64,000 bases of DNA from the human T2T-CHM13v2.0 reference genome, Homo sapiens: the NCBI RefSeq assembly GCF_009914755.1, contig NC_060939.1, one strand, 5' to 3'. The notes beneath the pieces were generated by a model. The model saw only the letters and a list, made by a program, of their open reading frames with translations. It did no database searches and was not told the DNA's origin. Position numbers and translations under genes: made by a program. Below, piece by piece: positions 49,156 to 64,000 of this stretch. Each line of letters opens with the position of its first letter. Positions within the stretch are counted from its first letter, which is position 1.

Positions 49156-51591
49156 GTGAGGAGCTGGGGGTGGTGAGTGGAGGTGTGGACCAGGTAGAGG
49201 GCCTTCCTCCCAGCCTCCCTGCCGGGAACACATGTGACTTGGGTTGTGCCTGTGGTGGTCCCAGGTTGCGTGTGTGCACGTGCCTCAGATGTGCTCCCAT
49301 ATATGTTGTGTTCCCAAGAGTTTCTGGGGAGCTTGCTGTACACCCATCCTCCGGGGAGTGGTGTGTGCCTCTAGAGATGGTGCCCACTCATGTCCATGGC
49401 ATGGCTGAGCGTGCAGATTCCTGGACCCTAGCCAGCCCTACAGAATCTCTGAAGTGGAGCCGGAGAATCTGCATTGCAGTCAGTTCCCTGGGTGGGCATC
49501 ACGGGTCCTGAACTTTTGGGATTGCTGGCTGTGGAGACAGGCCGCTGCCCCTCAGACCCCTGTGTACCCCGCTCTCTTCTCAGAGCCCAGACCAGGACTA
49601 GGAGGGTGTGTCAAGGGCTTCTGCTCATCCAGGAACCCCACAGAGCAGCCATGGGCCTTCCAGAGATCTCACTGACATGCCCTGTGACCTCAGGCCAGTC
49701 CTTGCCCGCTCTCAGCCTTACTCTCCCACACTGCTCATTTCAGAGACCCTTCTGGTCTGCATCTGGAGCTTGGGGCCCAAGGTGAGCCAGCAGATCTGGC
49801 ATCAGGAAGGCCTCATGGGAGGAGGCAGTGTTTGGGCCCGGCTCTGAAGAGCACAGGCCATCGGGAGCAGGGAATGGGGAGTGGTATTCCAGGCAAAAGG
49901 AACATTCCGGGCAAGGGTACAGAACAGGAATGTGAGTTTGGGGGCAGTTCACAGGGGAGGACCTGGTGAACTTCACTCAGGGAGAGGTAAGGGCCCCACT
50001 CTGCAGTCACCACTCAGATGCGCCCAGCCTCAGGTGGCCACTGTGCCATGGACATCATGTGGACATGGGCACCAGCTCCAGCATCACTGGCAGCAGACAC
50101 TCCCGGGCCTGCCATGGTCCAGGGCCCTGGCGTCCTGCCCTCCAGGAGTCATCAGGCTGGCGGGGCAAGTTCATGTTCCCAGAAGGAGGGAGAAGGATGC
50201 AGGAAGTCGGGGATACAGGGCCCTAGAGCAGGGCTGGGGTCTTGGGGTGTGGTTTCCAGAAGGAAGTTAGAGCTGGACCCAAGGGTCTGGAGAGGGAGAA
50301 CCATGTAGGGGCACTAGTGGCACCCCAGTAGCTGGTGAGGGGCAGTGCTTGGTGGGGGATGGAGTCGGAGGTGAAACAGCTGCTGGGGCCTGTGGGCAGA
50401 GGTGTGAGCCTGGGGCTCAGATCAGGTGCCAGCCAGAGGCAGAGTGGATCCTAGGAGCAGATGAGCTGATGAAAGGCAGCTGAGTCGGCCAAAAGGGGGA
50501 AGCCACTGTTCATCTGTCCTGGTGGCTTCAGAGAAGAACTAGAGCTCTCAGCCATGGGTAGTGGCAGACTCTCTGTGGTAATTGTGCCATGGGGGCCAGA
50601 GCAGTCATTGTTTAAATGAACACCTCTCCCCAAAGGCAGAACAGGAGTTGTTCCATAGCAGGGCAGACTCTTTTGTGGGCTGTCCTGGGCAGGCAGCATA
50701 CCTGATGCTCCCACCAGGAGGCTGCGTGAGCATCTGGACCCAGCACATGATCACAGTGAGTTCTGGGTAGGGAGTGGTCTTGTGGGACGCAGAGCTGTCT
50801 CTGTCATTCAGGAGCCACGGCATGCAGCACTGCCCCAAGTACCTCCAGAGGGGTCCCCCTGCCAGCCCTTGAAAATGGCAGAGCCCACCCCTAGCCCCCT
50901 TTTCAAGCTCCCTTGCTTGGGCAAGGACAACCTGAGCCTGGCACTCTCCCTCCTGAGAGGTGCAGATGGTACTCAGCAAGTGCAAAGCCGAGGTTTCTTG
51001 GGCCTCTCACATCAGCACCTCCCAGACCTGGGTTCTGTATTTCCCCGGAGCTCCACTCCTGCTATGGTGCCCTCCCCACAGTGAGATATTCATCAGGCTG
51101 GTGTCTACAGCTGCTGCGTACCCTCAGTTGCTGGGAGCCTTCATCAAGAATGCCGAGGAATGAGGAGGGCACGGGACCAGACCATCAGCAACCCTCTTGC
51201 GCTCTATAGTCCCACGTTACTCAGAGCTTCCCCATGCCCTAGCAAGATGAAGGACTAGATTGAATGAGCACCAGGGGGCCAGGCTGGCAGTGCCACCCAG
51301 GAAAGCCGGGAAGAGGCTCCATGGGCTACCTGGCCCACTCAGGGAGGAGGGCAGAACTGGGTATTGTCTTGACAGCAGCCCTGTCCCACAACACCGAACG
51401 GGGCAGGGAAGGGGTCAGGTGTCCTCATTTTTCAGATAAGAAAACTGAAGCTCCTGGAGGGCAGGTACCTGTATGCAGAGCACATGGCAAGTAAGAGGCA
51501 ACACTTCTGCTGGCAAGTCCAGGATTTCTGGCACCAGAGGACACTGCTTGCTCCCCAGAGCTCGGGACCCTGTGTTTTGTCTCACTCCCAC

Positions 51592-51832
51592 TCCTGGAGG
51601 CCGAGGTGGGAGGATCACTTGAGCCCAGGAGTTCGAGACCAGCCTGGGCAACATAGGGAGACCTTGTCTCCACACAAAAATTTTACAAGTAGCTGGGCTT
51701 GGTGGTGGCATGTGCCTGTAGTCCTACCTACGCAAGAGGCTGACATTGGAGGATCACTTTGAGCCCAGGAGGTGGAGGCTGCAGTGAGCAGTCATCACTG
51801 TACTCCAGCCTGGTGACAGAGCGAGACCCTAT
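51592..51832 (+). mobile_element. AluJ, 5'-truncated
   Basis: Alu dimer lacking its 5' end. Confidence 0.8.
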
Positions 51833-52118
51833 CAGTGCCCCCTTCCGAAAAGAAAACTGAGTAAACGGTGTCTTCTTGGCGTGATAGGTCCTAAGTCCGC
51901 TCCCAGATCTGTGACATTTGACAGGTGTCTTTTCCTCTGGACCTCAGTGTCCCCATCTGAGTGAGAAAAGGCAGTGGGGAGGTGGATCTTCCAGTCGAAG
52001 CGGTATAGAAGCCCGTGTGAAAAGCCTTACTCCAAGGGGCTCCAAGTCCAGCACACAGTCCCAGTAGGGCAGCACAGGCATCAGGTCCCGACCTTCTTTC
52101 CTGTTTGTCCACTCTCAG

Positions 52119-55100
52119 ACCACGGAGTTCATCATCTCGGAGCCACTGGCCAATATGTACTCGCGTGGGAACCAGAACACACTGATGGAGGAGTGGGCAG
52201 AGTAGGCACAGTGGCACGACGAGATGCTGCGCATGCACCACGTGCTGAAGGAGGCGCTCAGCATCATCAGTGACACCACCAGGACCACCGTCAGCATGCC
52301 CATGCCCCTGCCCGCGGACGACACCTGGGTGCAGGTGCAGAGCATCTCTGAGGAACAAAGGTGCCAGGGCCTGCCCCCCACAGCCCCAAAGTACCCCCCG
52401 CCCGGGCCGCACAGAGGGATGCCCCTGCATCAGGGTGGCTCCCACCTGGAGTGAGGGGTGGAGCTTGCCAAGGAGCACTGGCTGCGGGGCGGGGTGGAGC
52501 TGGGATGTTCTCACCACTGGGGTCTGGGCTTAAGCTTGGGCGACTGCCTCGGGGCACGGCAGGGAGGAGCTTCCGTGCATGGGTGTGGCCGGGGCGGGGC
52601 CTCAGGGGGGCAGAGCCGCCCATCTCTCCCCTCCCTATGCCTTGCAGGTCGCCCAAGTCCAGCCCCAGGATGCCCAGACCCCACCATGTCCCTAGCCCGG
52701 CCTGGGTGGCGGGGCCCAGCTCTTGGGCTTCCTCTTGCCAGGTCCGCCCTTGGGGAAGCGTGCCCCGTACCCTCCAGGCTAGAGGCTTCCCCTGATCCCT
52801 TCAGCCCCTACCCCGCCAAGTGCGCTCATGCCCCACGCGGGGTCTCCAAGTGAGTAGGGGCTGAATGCAGCCAAAGAGGCTGCTGGACGGGCGTGGCCGG
52901 GAAGGAAATGGGACTGGAGTCCAGAGCATCAGACCTGGCCGCCTCCATCCAAGGCATTGGGACCATGGGTGCCGGAGCCACGTGTGGCTGAGGGCTGGCG
53001 GAGCCTGCTCCCCAGGGAGCACTGATTCCTGGAGGTGGTCGTTTTTGAGGGGGCTGTGGGGCTTGTCTTACCTGCCCCCTTCTGTCCAGCACTTGCATGG
53101 CACTTCCCTCTATTTTCACTCTTGGCAGCTGCCCACACGTTGCATTTCTCTTCCTTTCTTCTTCTCGCTGTCCTCCATCCTCCATTCCGTCCAACTCCTA
53201 TCCCAGCCCCTGGGGAGCCTACCTCAGGTCTGAGAGTCTGGGTGTGTGGATTTCCTTCAGCTACCCGGATGTCCCCACTTCCAAGTCCTGACTCCTTTGA
53301 GCCATCCCAGGGGGTGTCCAGCCACTGGACCACAGGAGCAGAGGCCAGGCTGTGACTGTGTGACCAGCAAGGTGTGTGATGTGTGCGGGGGTGAGCACAC
53401 AACTGAGAGAGTGTAAGAATGGCACCCAGGCCTGAGCTAGGACAGAAGCAGCTGGGGAAGGAGCCTGGGGGCCACAGGCAATCTGATTTTTTCTCCACAT
53501 CTGGACCCCTCCCCCTCTATCCCTAACCCTGTCTAAACTAATGGCGCAGTGGTAGCTGCAAGGGCTGGGATGGGAGTGGCTGAAGCCTACTTCACTCCCA
53601 AAGATTTTAAAGAAAATGGTTCTACTGCATGCTTTGGCTGGGCCTTGTTGACCCATGACCCTCTTCCAAGAACATTCACTCTGATTTCCAGTGTGCCCTG
53701 TTTCCCTTTCCAAATGGCTGGAGAGTGGGGCTGTAGGTCCAGCGCCCATATACAAAAATGAAGCAGGGATTGGGGCTTGCCCTATGACGTGCTGATGACC
53801 AAGTTAGATGGGTATAGGCAAGCAGCATAGTATTGGGCAAGATCACTGGACTGGGAGTCCAGAGATGCTGCTTCACCCTGGGGCTTTAAGCAAGTCCCTT
53901 TCCCTCCCAGAGCCTCAGCATCCCTTCTATGAAATGACGACATTCTGCCCTTCTCCTAGGATGGCTGTGGGGATCAAGGGAGACAGTGGCCATAGGGATG
54001 CTGTGTTAACTGCAGATGCGGCCATAGGAGCACTTTGCTAACTGCCAACATAATTTCACACTCTTCAGGCTATTTGGCACCCAGATCTATGGTGAGGTGT
54101 GACATATGGGATGTAAGGTTTGATGCCTGCTCCGACTCCAGTCTTGCTAACACAAATGAAACCTTTGGCAAATCATGACCCTGCCTTGGGTAAAAGGGCA
54201 GTCTGGGAGAGTTTCTTCAAGGCAGCCTGGCTTCAATGCAGTCCAGGGCATGACTGAGATAGGCATACGTTGTGAGGAACTGGAGGGTAACTGGGTAAAG
54301 AGCTGCAGTGTGGGCAGAGGTGTAGTGTGGGTCACATCGCGGATAGCCACTGGCCAAAGCAGGGAACAGAGACAGAATGAGGAAGAGCTCTGTGGGGAGG
54401 GTGGGGCACAGGGTGGAGAACCTTCAAAGTCCAAAGAGTATGACTTGTTGGGATTCAACGCTGTAGGCAGTAGGGAGCCATGGAAGGCTCTGAGGTGGAG
54501 AAATGACAGCCGGACATTAGTGAGCAAGCCCTGTCTCCGTGAGCAGCATGGGTGGTCCTCTGAGCACGCCAGGCACGAGTGTGCAGGGAGCTGGTGCAAA
54601 TGCCTCTGTGTGCGGGTGATCATCTGTGTTGTGACTCTGCCCACGCATGTGCTTCAGTGTGCCGTGTGGCTGCATGCCCCAGATCCACGCGGCACGTGCC
54701 GGCCGGTGAGGGTGTTGGGCACCGGGAGGTGGTGGGGAAGGCGACGTATGCGTGTTGTTTGTGGGCATGTGTTAGAGTGTGCATGCGGGCCGTGGGGCCT
54801 CACAGCATGTGTGTGCACACTCGGGCATGTGCGTGTGTGTCCCCCACCCCCAGGCCTGCCCATTCCTTCTGAAGCTGCAGACTTGCTCTTTCCTCTTTCT
54901 GTCCTTGTGCTGCTGGCTGTCTCACTTTGCTCCCTGTGAGCCACGGGACTCAGTGCCACTGCTCAAGGTCTCCAAGGCTGAGCCTGGGGGCTCCATGCCC
55001 AAGCTGGCAGATGTGGAGCCATCAGAGAGGGCACAGAGCTCATGGTTTATGGTGTGGGGGGCTGGACTCAGGCGGCCAGAGGCCTGGGAACATCATCCTG

Positions 55101-56090
55101 GGCACGCCGTACCTGTCAGGCAGTCTGAGTCATGCTGCCAGGGCAGGTATCCAGCTCCCAGCCTGGGAGTGCCAAGAGCCAAATCCACGGCAGATTAGGG
55201 GTGATAGTCACGGTCCCACGTCCTCTATCTGTCAGCAATCCAGTGGTGATCTAGGATAAAAGCCTGAGAGTCCTATACACATGGTTATCCCACAACACAC
55301 TTCATAGGCCATGCAAGGACACACAGCCCCCTTCCCTCCCTCCCAGGTACCATCATAGCTGCTAGCGTGTGACTGAAGGCAGGGTCCCTGGCCCCTGCTG
55401 AAGCACTACTGCTGGCCAGCAGGCTCACGCACCTTGGCCTGTTGCTTCTAGGGGTCGCCTGTGCTATTCAGCCAAGGGGCCCACAATGCATGCTGGCCTA
55501 GCTGAGCTCCGCCTAGACAGCTCACTTCCCTTTACTGCCACAGAGTCTCCCTCTTCTGCTTTTCCCAGCAGGAAGGGCCCAGCCTCACCTATGCAACCTG
55601 CAGCCCTCCACCAACCAGTTGAGGCTCCCCTGTTAGACTTAGAAGTCTATGGCCAATGGCATCCGGCTACCTGCCCTTCCTGCCTTCCCCAGGGTCCCTC
55701 AGAGGACCCTGGGCTTTCAGACAGCCCAGAGGGGCCTCTGGCATTCACTCCAGCCAGCCATCCCTTATAGCTTCACCATTTTGGTTCAAGCAGTGTTCCT
55801 TCTGTCAGGCTTGGTGGCTGTTGGGTGGGGCTCCCCAAGCAAGAGGTGGCCCTGGGCCAGTGCGTTGGAAGACGGTGACCAGAGAAGCGGAAGCCTGAGG
55901 GGGTTGAGCATTGGTCTGAACTGTGGGTGGACTGCCTGGGTGCCGTGGGAGAGGCCAGTGTGTGTGGGGTGGGGAGGGCTGCCACAGCCCCCAGGCACTC
56001 CAGCTTCTCCCTCCATCTTCCTCCCCTTTCCCTTCCAGCCCCTTTACCAGGAACCTTGCCATGCCCACACCTACGCCCTCCCCTCCCCGG
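52119..56090 (+). pseudogene. DNM1 pseudogene fragment (GED exon, PRD exon, last intron)
   Basis: Exon 52119-52360 reads [58 protein letters not shown], with TAG at 52203. Exon 52648-52849 is SPKSSP.. proline-rich. Segment 53851-56090 is an inverted copy of 25724-28196. Confidence 0.9.
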
Positions 56091-57669
56091 CTCTTAGATG
56101 ATGGTGGTGTTTATCTCCCTGTTCTCGGCAGCCCAAAAAGAATGGCATGCAGGGGTTGCTGCCCATGCCTGGGTGCTCCTGGGGAGTCCTGCATTACAGG
56201 AAGCAGCTGCTGGATCTGCTGTGCAGTGGGGTTGTCATGGGGAGAACCCTCCCTGTCCTCTCCTGGTACAGCCTCCATGCTATCAGTGAGGCTCACCTCA
56301 CAAAGATCTTCAGAGAGAGAGAGAGAGAGGGGGGTGGGAATCTGAGCACAGTTCGATCCTCCCCTGCTCCTGCCTGCCCACCCCGCCTGAGGGCTCTACT
56401 CACCACCCTGCTTGTCCGCACACCCAAGCTCCCGGGCGATTGGGGCTCCTAGAGTGGGCTCATCAGCAGGGTTCTGGGCAATGGTCAGAATTTGCCATGC
56501 CCCTCCTTGTGGTCGCCCACAAGCTGCAACACCTGCCCCGCAGCTCCTGCAGGTTCACCTGGAGGAAGGGGTGTTAGCTGCCATGCCGGTGCCGGCACGC
56601 ACGTTCACCCCCACCCCCACCCCCACCCCCACCCCCACCGAGATGTTGCACACCCTACCTTCATCTCCTCCTGGTCCTGGGCCAGCCTGACGATGTCCTC
56701 CTCTCCCAGTGCTGCGTCTCTGACACTGCCCCCTGGCTGATGTACTTTCCTGCAGGAGGACATGGCTCAGATGCTGGGGCCCCTCGGATGGCCTGGCAGC
56801 TCCCCCCAGCGGTGCCCTAGCCTCTCGCTCACTATGGTGTCTGTCTGTCCTGAGAGGTGGATGAATTGAAGCTCTAGTTTCTCCACTCGCTCCTTCAGGT
56901 CCACCTTCTCCTTCCATAAAGTCGCTGTGGAGCCAAAATAATGGGGTCACATGTCAGGAGTCACCTGCCTTGTCCCGACCCCACCCTTGTTGGCCCATGC
57001 CAGGACTACTCACCTGCAGCTTCTCCATGGCCCCCTGCAGGGCCTGGTGGGTCTCCCCACACACAGATTCACCCCCAGTCTCTGGGGCTGGGGCCGCTAC
57101 CTCTGGCTTTTTCTGGGACGAGGCCACTGGGTGAGCCAGGGGCTGGCAGCACACCCTTTGCTCCTCCTGGGCATTGGCTCCAGCGGAGTTGAAAAATGCC
57201 ACCTGAAGGCAAGAGGTGAGTATTCTTGTAGGGGTATACACATAACAACCGGGGCAGGGAGATGGAGCATAGCCCCCTCCTTTCGGGCCTCACAGAGTGC
57301 ACCTGTTGGTCACAGGTGAAATGGTGTCTGACCACTGGCTCCCAGGAGGAGTGAAAGTCCACAGAAGTCAGAAGGCGGGGAAACCAAGAACATAAGGGGG
57401 TTTCGGAGGGACCACAGAGGAAGGTGGCAAAGTAGGGGCAGGGAAAGTCAGGCTCACCATGGCCTCCCGGCTCTCCAGGTCCCCTGGGATGTTCGGCATG
57501 GGCCGAGGCGCCTCCTGCTCACTGTCCAGATGTCCTCCTCCATCTCCTGTGGGGGGTGGCCAGAGGGGTCCTCAGACAACCCAACAAGGGAGGTACAGTG
57601 GGCCCGCCTCTGCCCCCACACTCACTGTGTAACCTTGAGCCAGCCCCTCCCCAGAGGGGAATGAGCTGT

Positions 57670-57865
57670 TCTTTATTTTGAATTTTAAGAACCAAGATCT
57701 TGCTATATTGCCCAGGCACAGTCCCACTACCGATTGGTGCAGGAATTCTGACCTGCTCCCTTTCTGACCTGGGCCAGTTCTCCCATCCTTAGGCAAGCCG
57801 ATGACCTGTTCCCAGGAGGTCACCATACTGATACCGAACTTAGTGCGGACACCCAGTTGGCATAA
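57670..57865 (-). pseudogene. RN7SL (7SL SRP RNA) pseudogene in a GOLGA intron
   Basis: Reverse complement contains GGGTGTCCGCACTAAGTTCGG..ATGGTGACCTCC..GCCTAAGGA..GGCCCAGGTC..GGAGCAGGTCA, the 7SL S-domain that Alu lacks. Confidence 0.88.
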
Positions 57866-58753
57866 TGACCAGCTGTCTTAAAGGTCTCTTCCAACTCCTC
57901 AATCCTACGCTGCTAACAGTCCCCCTTTCCTCCTGGGGCTCTCTCCTCTTCCTCTGAGTAGTCTCCCATACCTTCCCCAGGGAGAGCCATGAGGCTCAAC
58001 TGGGCTTTAGCTGCTGTTTCTACTGGCTGGTAGCTTCCAGGTTCTCCTAAGGGGCCAGGAAAGAGGGTGAGAAGGTACAGAGGTTGCCAGGTTGTCCCTC
58101 TTGGAGCCCTGTCCTCAACAACTCCCTCCCCTGGGTCTCCTGCAACATTTGGCGGGCCCTCTTAGCCACCGATTTGCCCCGAGCTTCCTCCTGCTGCAGC
58201 TGGTCCATGAGCCAGGTCTGCAGCAGTAACTGCCTGTGCAGCGCCTCCTTCTCAGAGGCCAGCTGCTGACAAGCAGCCACCTGCTACTAAGCAACCACGA
58301 ACTGCTGCAGGTGACACAGGTACTGGTCTTGCTGCTGCTGCTGACTCTGAGCCTCTTGGCTCTTCAGCTCCACGTGCAGGAAAACCCTGGGCATGAGGGC
58401 ATGTGGTGGCTGGCTTCCAGATTCCTGGCCCATTAATAGGGTAGCGAGGGCACTGTGGGGCTCTGTGGCCTGCCCAGGCCCCTGGCCCCTTGCTCCAGGC
58501 GTACAAGACTGCCTCCTTTGCCTAGAACCACATGCCTCCTTCCACAGCCTCAAATCTCATGTCCTTTTTCCCAGCATTTAAACTGTAGGCCACAGACTGG
58601 TGGAAAAGCAGGGGCAGCCAACCACCATCTGCTAAGTGTGCCACATACCTAATGTTTCCACGTATTATCTCATTTAATCCTCAGCACCTCTGCAAGGAAA
58701 AGGCTAACTTCCTTTTGAAGTTAAACAGAGACTTAGAGATGCAAAGTAGTTGA

Positions 58754-59120
<367 letters not shown>

Positions 59121-62100
59121 CAAGGAGCCTCTTATACCACTGTCTCTTCCTCTGTGATTGGGGGGGCTCCATGCCTCTAGCTGGGATGATGATGTCCAGA
59201 CCTGGGAGGAGCCCAGGGCTACCCACCTCTAAACATCAGAGGGCAGGAAGCAAGAAACAGTCATAGGACTGCCCTGGAGGGTGCTGGGGTCACCTGCCCT
59301 CAGGCTGCAGCTGCCTCTGTCCTGGCACCTCCCCTTCCCAGAGGCTGGTGACTGCCTCCCAGCCATTATTGGATGGGTCACAGGTTACCGTCTCTTTCAG
59401 CTCACCAAGCTTCAGCTCCTTTACTTGCTGCTCCAACTGCAGTGCACTCTTGTTCTCATTATTCTGGACAGAGAGAAGCAATCAGTGGCCACCCACTAAA
59501 ACTGGAGACCCCAGAACTTGGTGTCTGCCTCCCATGGCACCGGGAAGGGTGGAGGCAGGTTAGAAAAATATCCCCTTTCTCCCACAGCCATCAGAGCAGG
59601 ACTCTGGCTCACAGGTGCCTTTAGAAGTACCATTTCATGTGAAGGCTACAATGCCCCATTTTACAGGTGGGGAAACAAAGGCCTTGAGGGCTAGGGAAGA
59701 GGGCAGCCTCCCCAGGTGGGGCAACGCACCAGCTCCTCGAAGCCGCTGTGGGGCTCGGCCCGCTGCTTGTAGAGGGCTTCCCACCCCAACTCCAGCATCC
59801 TCTCCAGCTCCCGTAGAGTCTCCTGCTGCCACAGCCTCTCATCCTGCTCCCGAAAACCTCTCCTGTTCCAGCAGCTCCTCCACCTTGTCCAGCAGCCTCT
59901 CCTGTTCCTCCTGCCACCCCTCCTGTTCCTGCAGCCTCTCCTCCTGTCTCCTGTTCAGGAGACTCAACATCTGATTGTTTTCCACCTCAGCCTGGAGCTG
60001 TCTTGCCACACTCTCCAGCTCCTTCCTTAGGTGGTTGGTCTCATCTTGGAGCTGCTCCACCGTAGAGGGCCGTGCTGGGGGCTCTGGGGCCAGGGGTTCA
60101 GCTGAGAAAGGAAGCAGACAATAAGGGCCTCTGGATAAAAAAAAAAAAAAAAAAAAAATCCTCCCTTCGGTGCACAGCTCCTCCTCTCAGGCTTCCCAAA
60201 CTTGGCCTCACTGCTAATGACTCCTCACACCCGGATGGTAGCCAATCTTCCAAGTCACTTTCAGATAGCACTGTGGGTGGCTGACAACGGGCACTCCTCC
60301 CTCTTTACTGAGAGGGACACTGAGGCTCATGGAGATGACAAGACTTGCCATCTCCTGGCACAGACCTCTTTCCCTCTGCCTCAAAGCTCTTCCATCTACC
60401 CACCTCCCCGGGGCATTCTAAGTCACCCTCACAGCCCTCTGATGCCAGTCCTGCTCCTAGGTCATGGCAGCCCCATCTTACCCGTCTGGTTTTTGAGTTT
60501 GAACAAGTTCCTCCCAAGCTTCTGTACCTGATGTATCTCATGCTTCTCCTCTTTCAATGTGTGAACCTGCCTAAAGCAGAGGGGAAAGGGCCCTGCAGAG
60601 AGGGGCTGCTGAACCTCTAGAGACAGAGTTTGAGAAAGGCCCACCCCCCTTCTGCCAGCTTACGATTGAGAAAGGTGCATTCACTCAACAAACATTTACT
60701 GAGCACGTACAGGCCAGGTACAGTTCTTCATAGCAGAGATATAAGACAGCAAAGGACAGACAGGAGCCCTTGGTCCTGAGGTTTCCATTCTAGGAGCCTT
60801 TAAATCTCTGAGCTAACAGTGACCTTTGATACTCTCTACCTCCTCCAGAAACACGAGCCTAAGGAGGAGAGATGGCTTGTCCAGACTCAAAAAGCAAATT
60901 AGGGACTGAGGCAGGGCAGAAATACGGGCCCCTGAAAACCAGTCAGGCTAGTGCTTTCCTGAGAGGTGACAACCCCAGGGCATGTGTGGCAAGGACTAGA
61001 GCAGGGGTGTCTGGAGAAGAGAGAGTCAGCAAAGAGGGCAGTGCAGAAGAGCCATGCTGCATGTTCTGTGCTCTGGGGTCCCTCCAGGTGAGACCTGGGT
61101 GCCCAGCTCCCCATTTGCCCTTGGCATCAGGGGCTCCTAGCCCCTTTCTTCAGGGCCCCAAGAGGAAACTGGAGTCCAGGATTCACAGGCTGGAATCAGG
61201 GGACCCCACTGGACTCTTACCAGTGAATTGATGTTTTCAGTGAGTTGACTGATTATTGTGGAGCTTGAATCCAGGGCCACTGCTAGTTCTTGGTACTGGC
61301 TCTGAGGTGCATGCAGAGAGGAGGAGTTGGAGGAAGATTGTGGGGAGGGGTAGAGAGAATAATCATTAGGGCTGGTGGGGGTGTGTGGGCTGCCTCAGCT
61401 GGCAGAGGGGCAACAAGCCCCTGCTGTGGGAGGAGGTTGGAGGGCTAGCCTGCAGGGTCACTGCACCTCGGCCCAGGGCCTCTTACCTCCAGATCCTCCA
61501 GGGTAGCAGATGATGCACGGCCCTCCCCGTAGATACCTGTTGCTGACTGCAAACGATGAGAGTGCACATGGAGATGTCCTGTCCCCCCTCACTGTCTAAG
61601 CCCTCTGATTTCCTTTCTTCCCCATCAACTGGCAAAAGCTTCTTTTCTGCCTATCTTGGACCCTTTTTCCCATAACTCCTTTGTGCCAACTTCTCTCATG
61701 GTTCTTATCTCCCCACCATCCCACCCTGGGGCCCTTTCAGTGACTCCTAAAGGGACAGCCTGATGGCAAGTGGCTCTTCTCATTGGCCTGGCTTCCCCTT
61801 GAGACTGGGGATGAGGAAAATCAAACAACAACCATTTCCTCGGTGTCCTGGGTGTTTGCAGCAGGCCATGTACTAAGGATTCACATAAAAGCAACAATAA
61901 CGAATCTCATTTACACTTCACAAATGGAAGTCAAAAAATACCACCTCTATTATGGAGATGTGAAAAGAGAGACCCAAAGACCTCAAACAACTTACCCTAA
62001 ATCATAGGCTAATCAATCCCTAATCAATCCTTAGCAGATGGAGAGGCAGGATTCAAACCCAGAATTCTTAACCAGTACCCAACAGTCCATCTACAATCTT

Positions 62101-62915
62101 AACAATTACCCTCTACTGCCCCTTGGGCCCCCTGTCCCCAGGACCCTGGCCAGCCAAGACTCACATCCCCAGGTGAGTGGTAACCACCAGAAGTGGCTGT
62201 GTCAGGGCTACTGCCATTGATTTTCTTTTTCCTGTTAGCTCCTTCTGGAATGCCAGGGCTCTTCCTCTGCCAATATTCTTTTAACTGTGGGAAAGAAGAG
62301 TAGTAACACTCATGAGAACAATCAGCCCCTATAGCCACATCCTCCTTTACAGTTTTGACAAAATACTCTTATACACCATCTGGTTTAATGCCACCAACAA
62401 CTGTACAAGGTGTTGTCACAATCAGTTAGTGACTGAGAGGGATTGATATCATGGATAGAAAAAAAAAAAGGAGGAAAGAAAAAGGCAATACTGGAACTTA
62501 AACTCAGTCTTCTGACTCCAACCTCTGGGGTTTTGCCATGAATCAGCAGCTTCCAGGGACCAAAACCAGGGACAGAGGTAGAAAAGTAAACATTAAGCAG
62601 GCAGGAACTGTAGGCCGTGTGGTTTAGAGTCATACATCTTCACAGGTCTGTTAGCGTGAAGAAGCGTACCAGTACCTCTCACTTTCATATCAATGTGTCC
62701 TCATGGCAGAAGGCAGCTTTTCTGTTAAATCTGGGAATTTATCAGAAAGAGGACAACCCAAGCCTCATTTTAGAGAGAAGTCTGCTATACACTTGGAAAT
62801 CTATGTGTCTATCATCCCTAAGGACATTAATGTTTATTAAACTCTCAATAAACAGTAATGTTCTTAGGGATGATAGACACAGAAGTTTCCAAGCGTATAC
62901 CAGACTTCTCTCTGA

Positions 62916-63970
<1,055 letters not shown>

Positions 63971-64000
63971 AGAACATTAATGTTTTTTCTCAAGAGAATC

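Noticed and set aside
56607-56638. (CCCCCA)n tract with G-quadruplex potential
   Set aside because: Short intronic microsatellite in a pseudogene; nothing in the sequence points to function.

Overview
Primate (human-like) genomic DNA, recognisable as a chromosome 15q25-type segmental-duplication mosaic built on the GOLGA core duplicon. From left to right: the 3' end of an ERV1 provirus (PABL-like env, PPT, LTR); a CpG island with an orphan minus-strand first exon; and an apparently intact 9-exon GOLGA6L gene on the plus strand (609 aa predicted, closest to GOLGA6L4) with a large coding VNTR and a retroposed 3' UTR. These are followed by a DNM1 pseudogene tail (-), a 5' UBE2Q2 pseudogene (+), a CSPG4 pseudogene (exons 2-3, +), a second DNM1 pseudogene fragment (+), and a frameshifted GOLGA pseudogene (-) whose intron 1 carries a young L1PA. 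The two GOLGA/DNM1P blocks form an imperfect inverted duplication, so one copy can be read as an internal outgroup for the other. I see no evidence for a wholly new biological system. The most interesting signals are fine-scale: a templated insertion that appears to restore a GM130-like C-terminus in GOLGA6L, an L1 5' junction carrying a fold-back copy of its own target site, and a same-strand, phase-0-compatible UBE2Q2P-CSPG4P-DNM1P exon chain. Paralog names, parent-gene comparisons and repeat subfamilies come from recall and manual reading, not from database searches.
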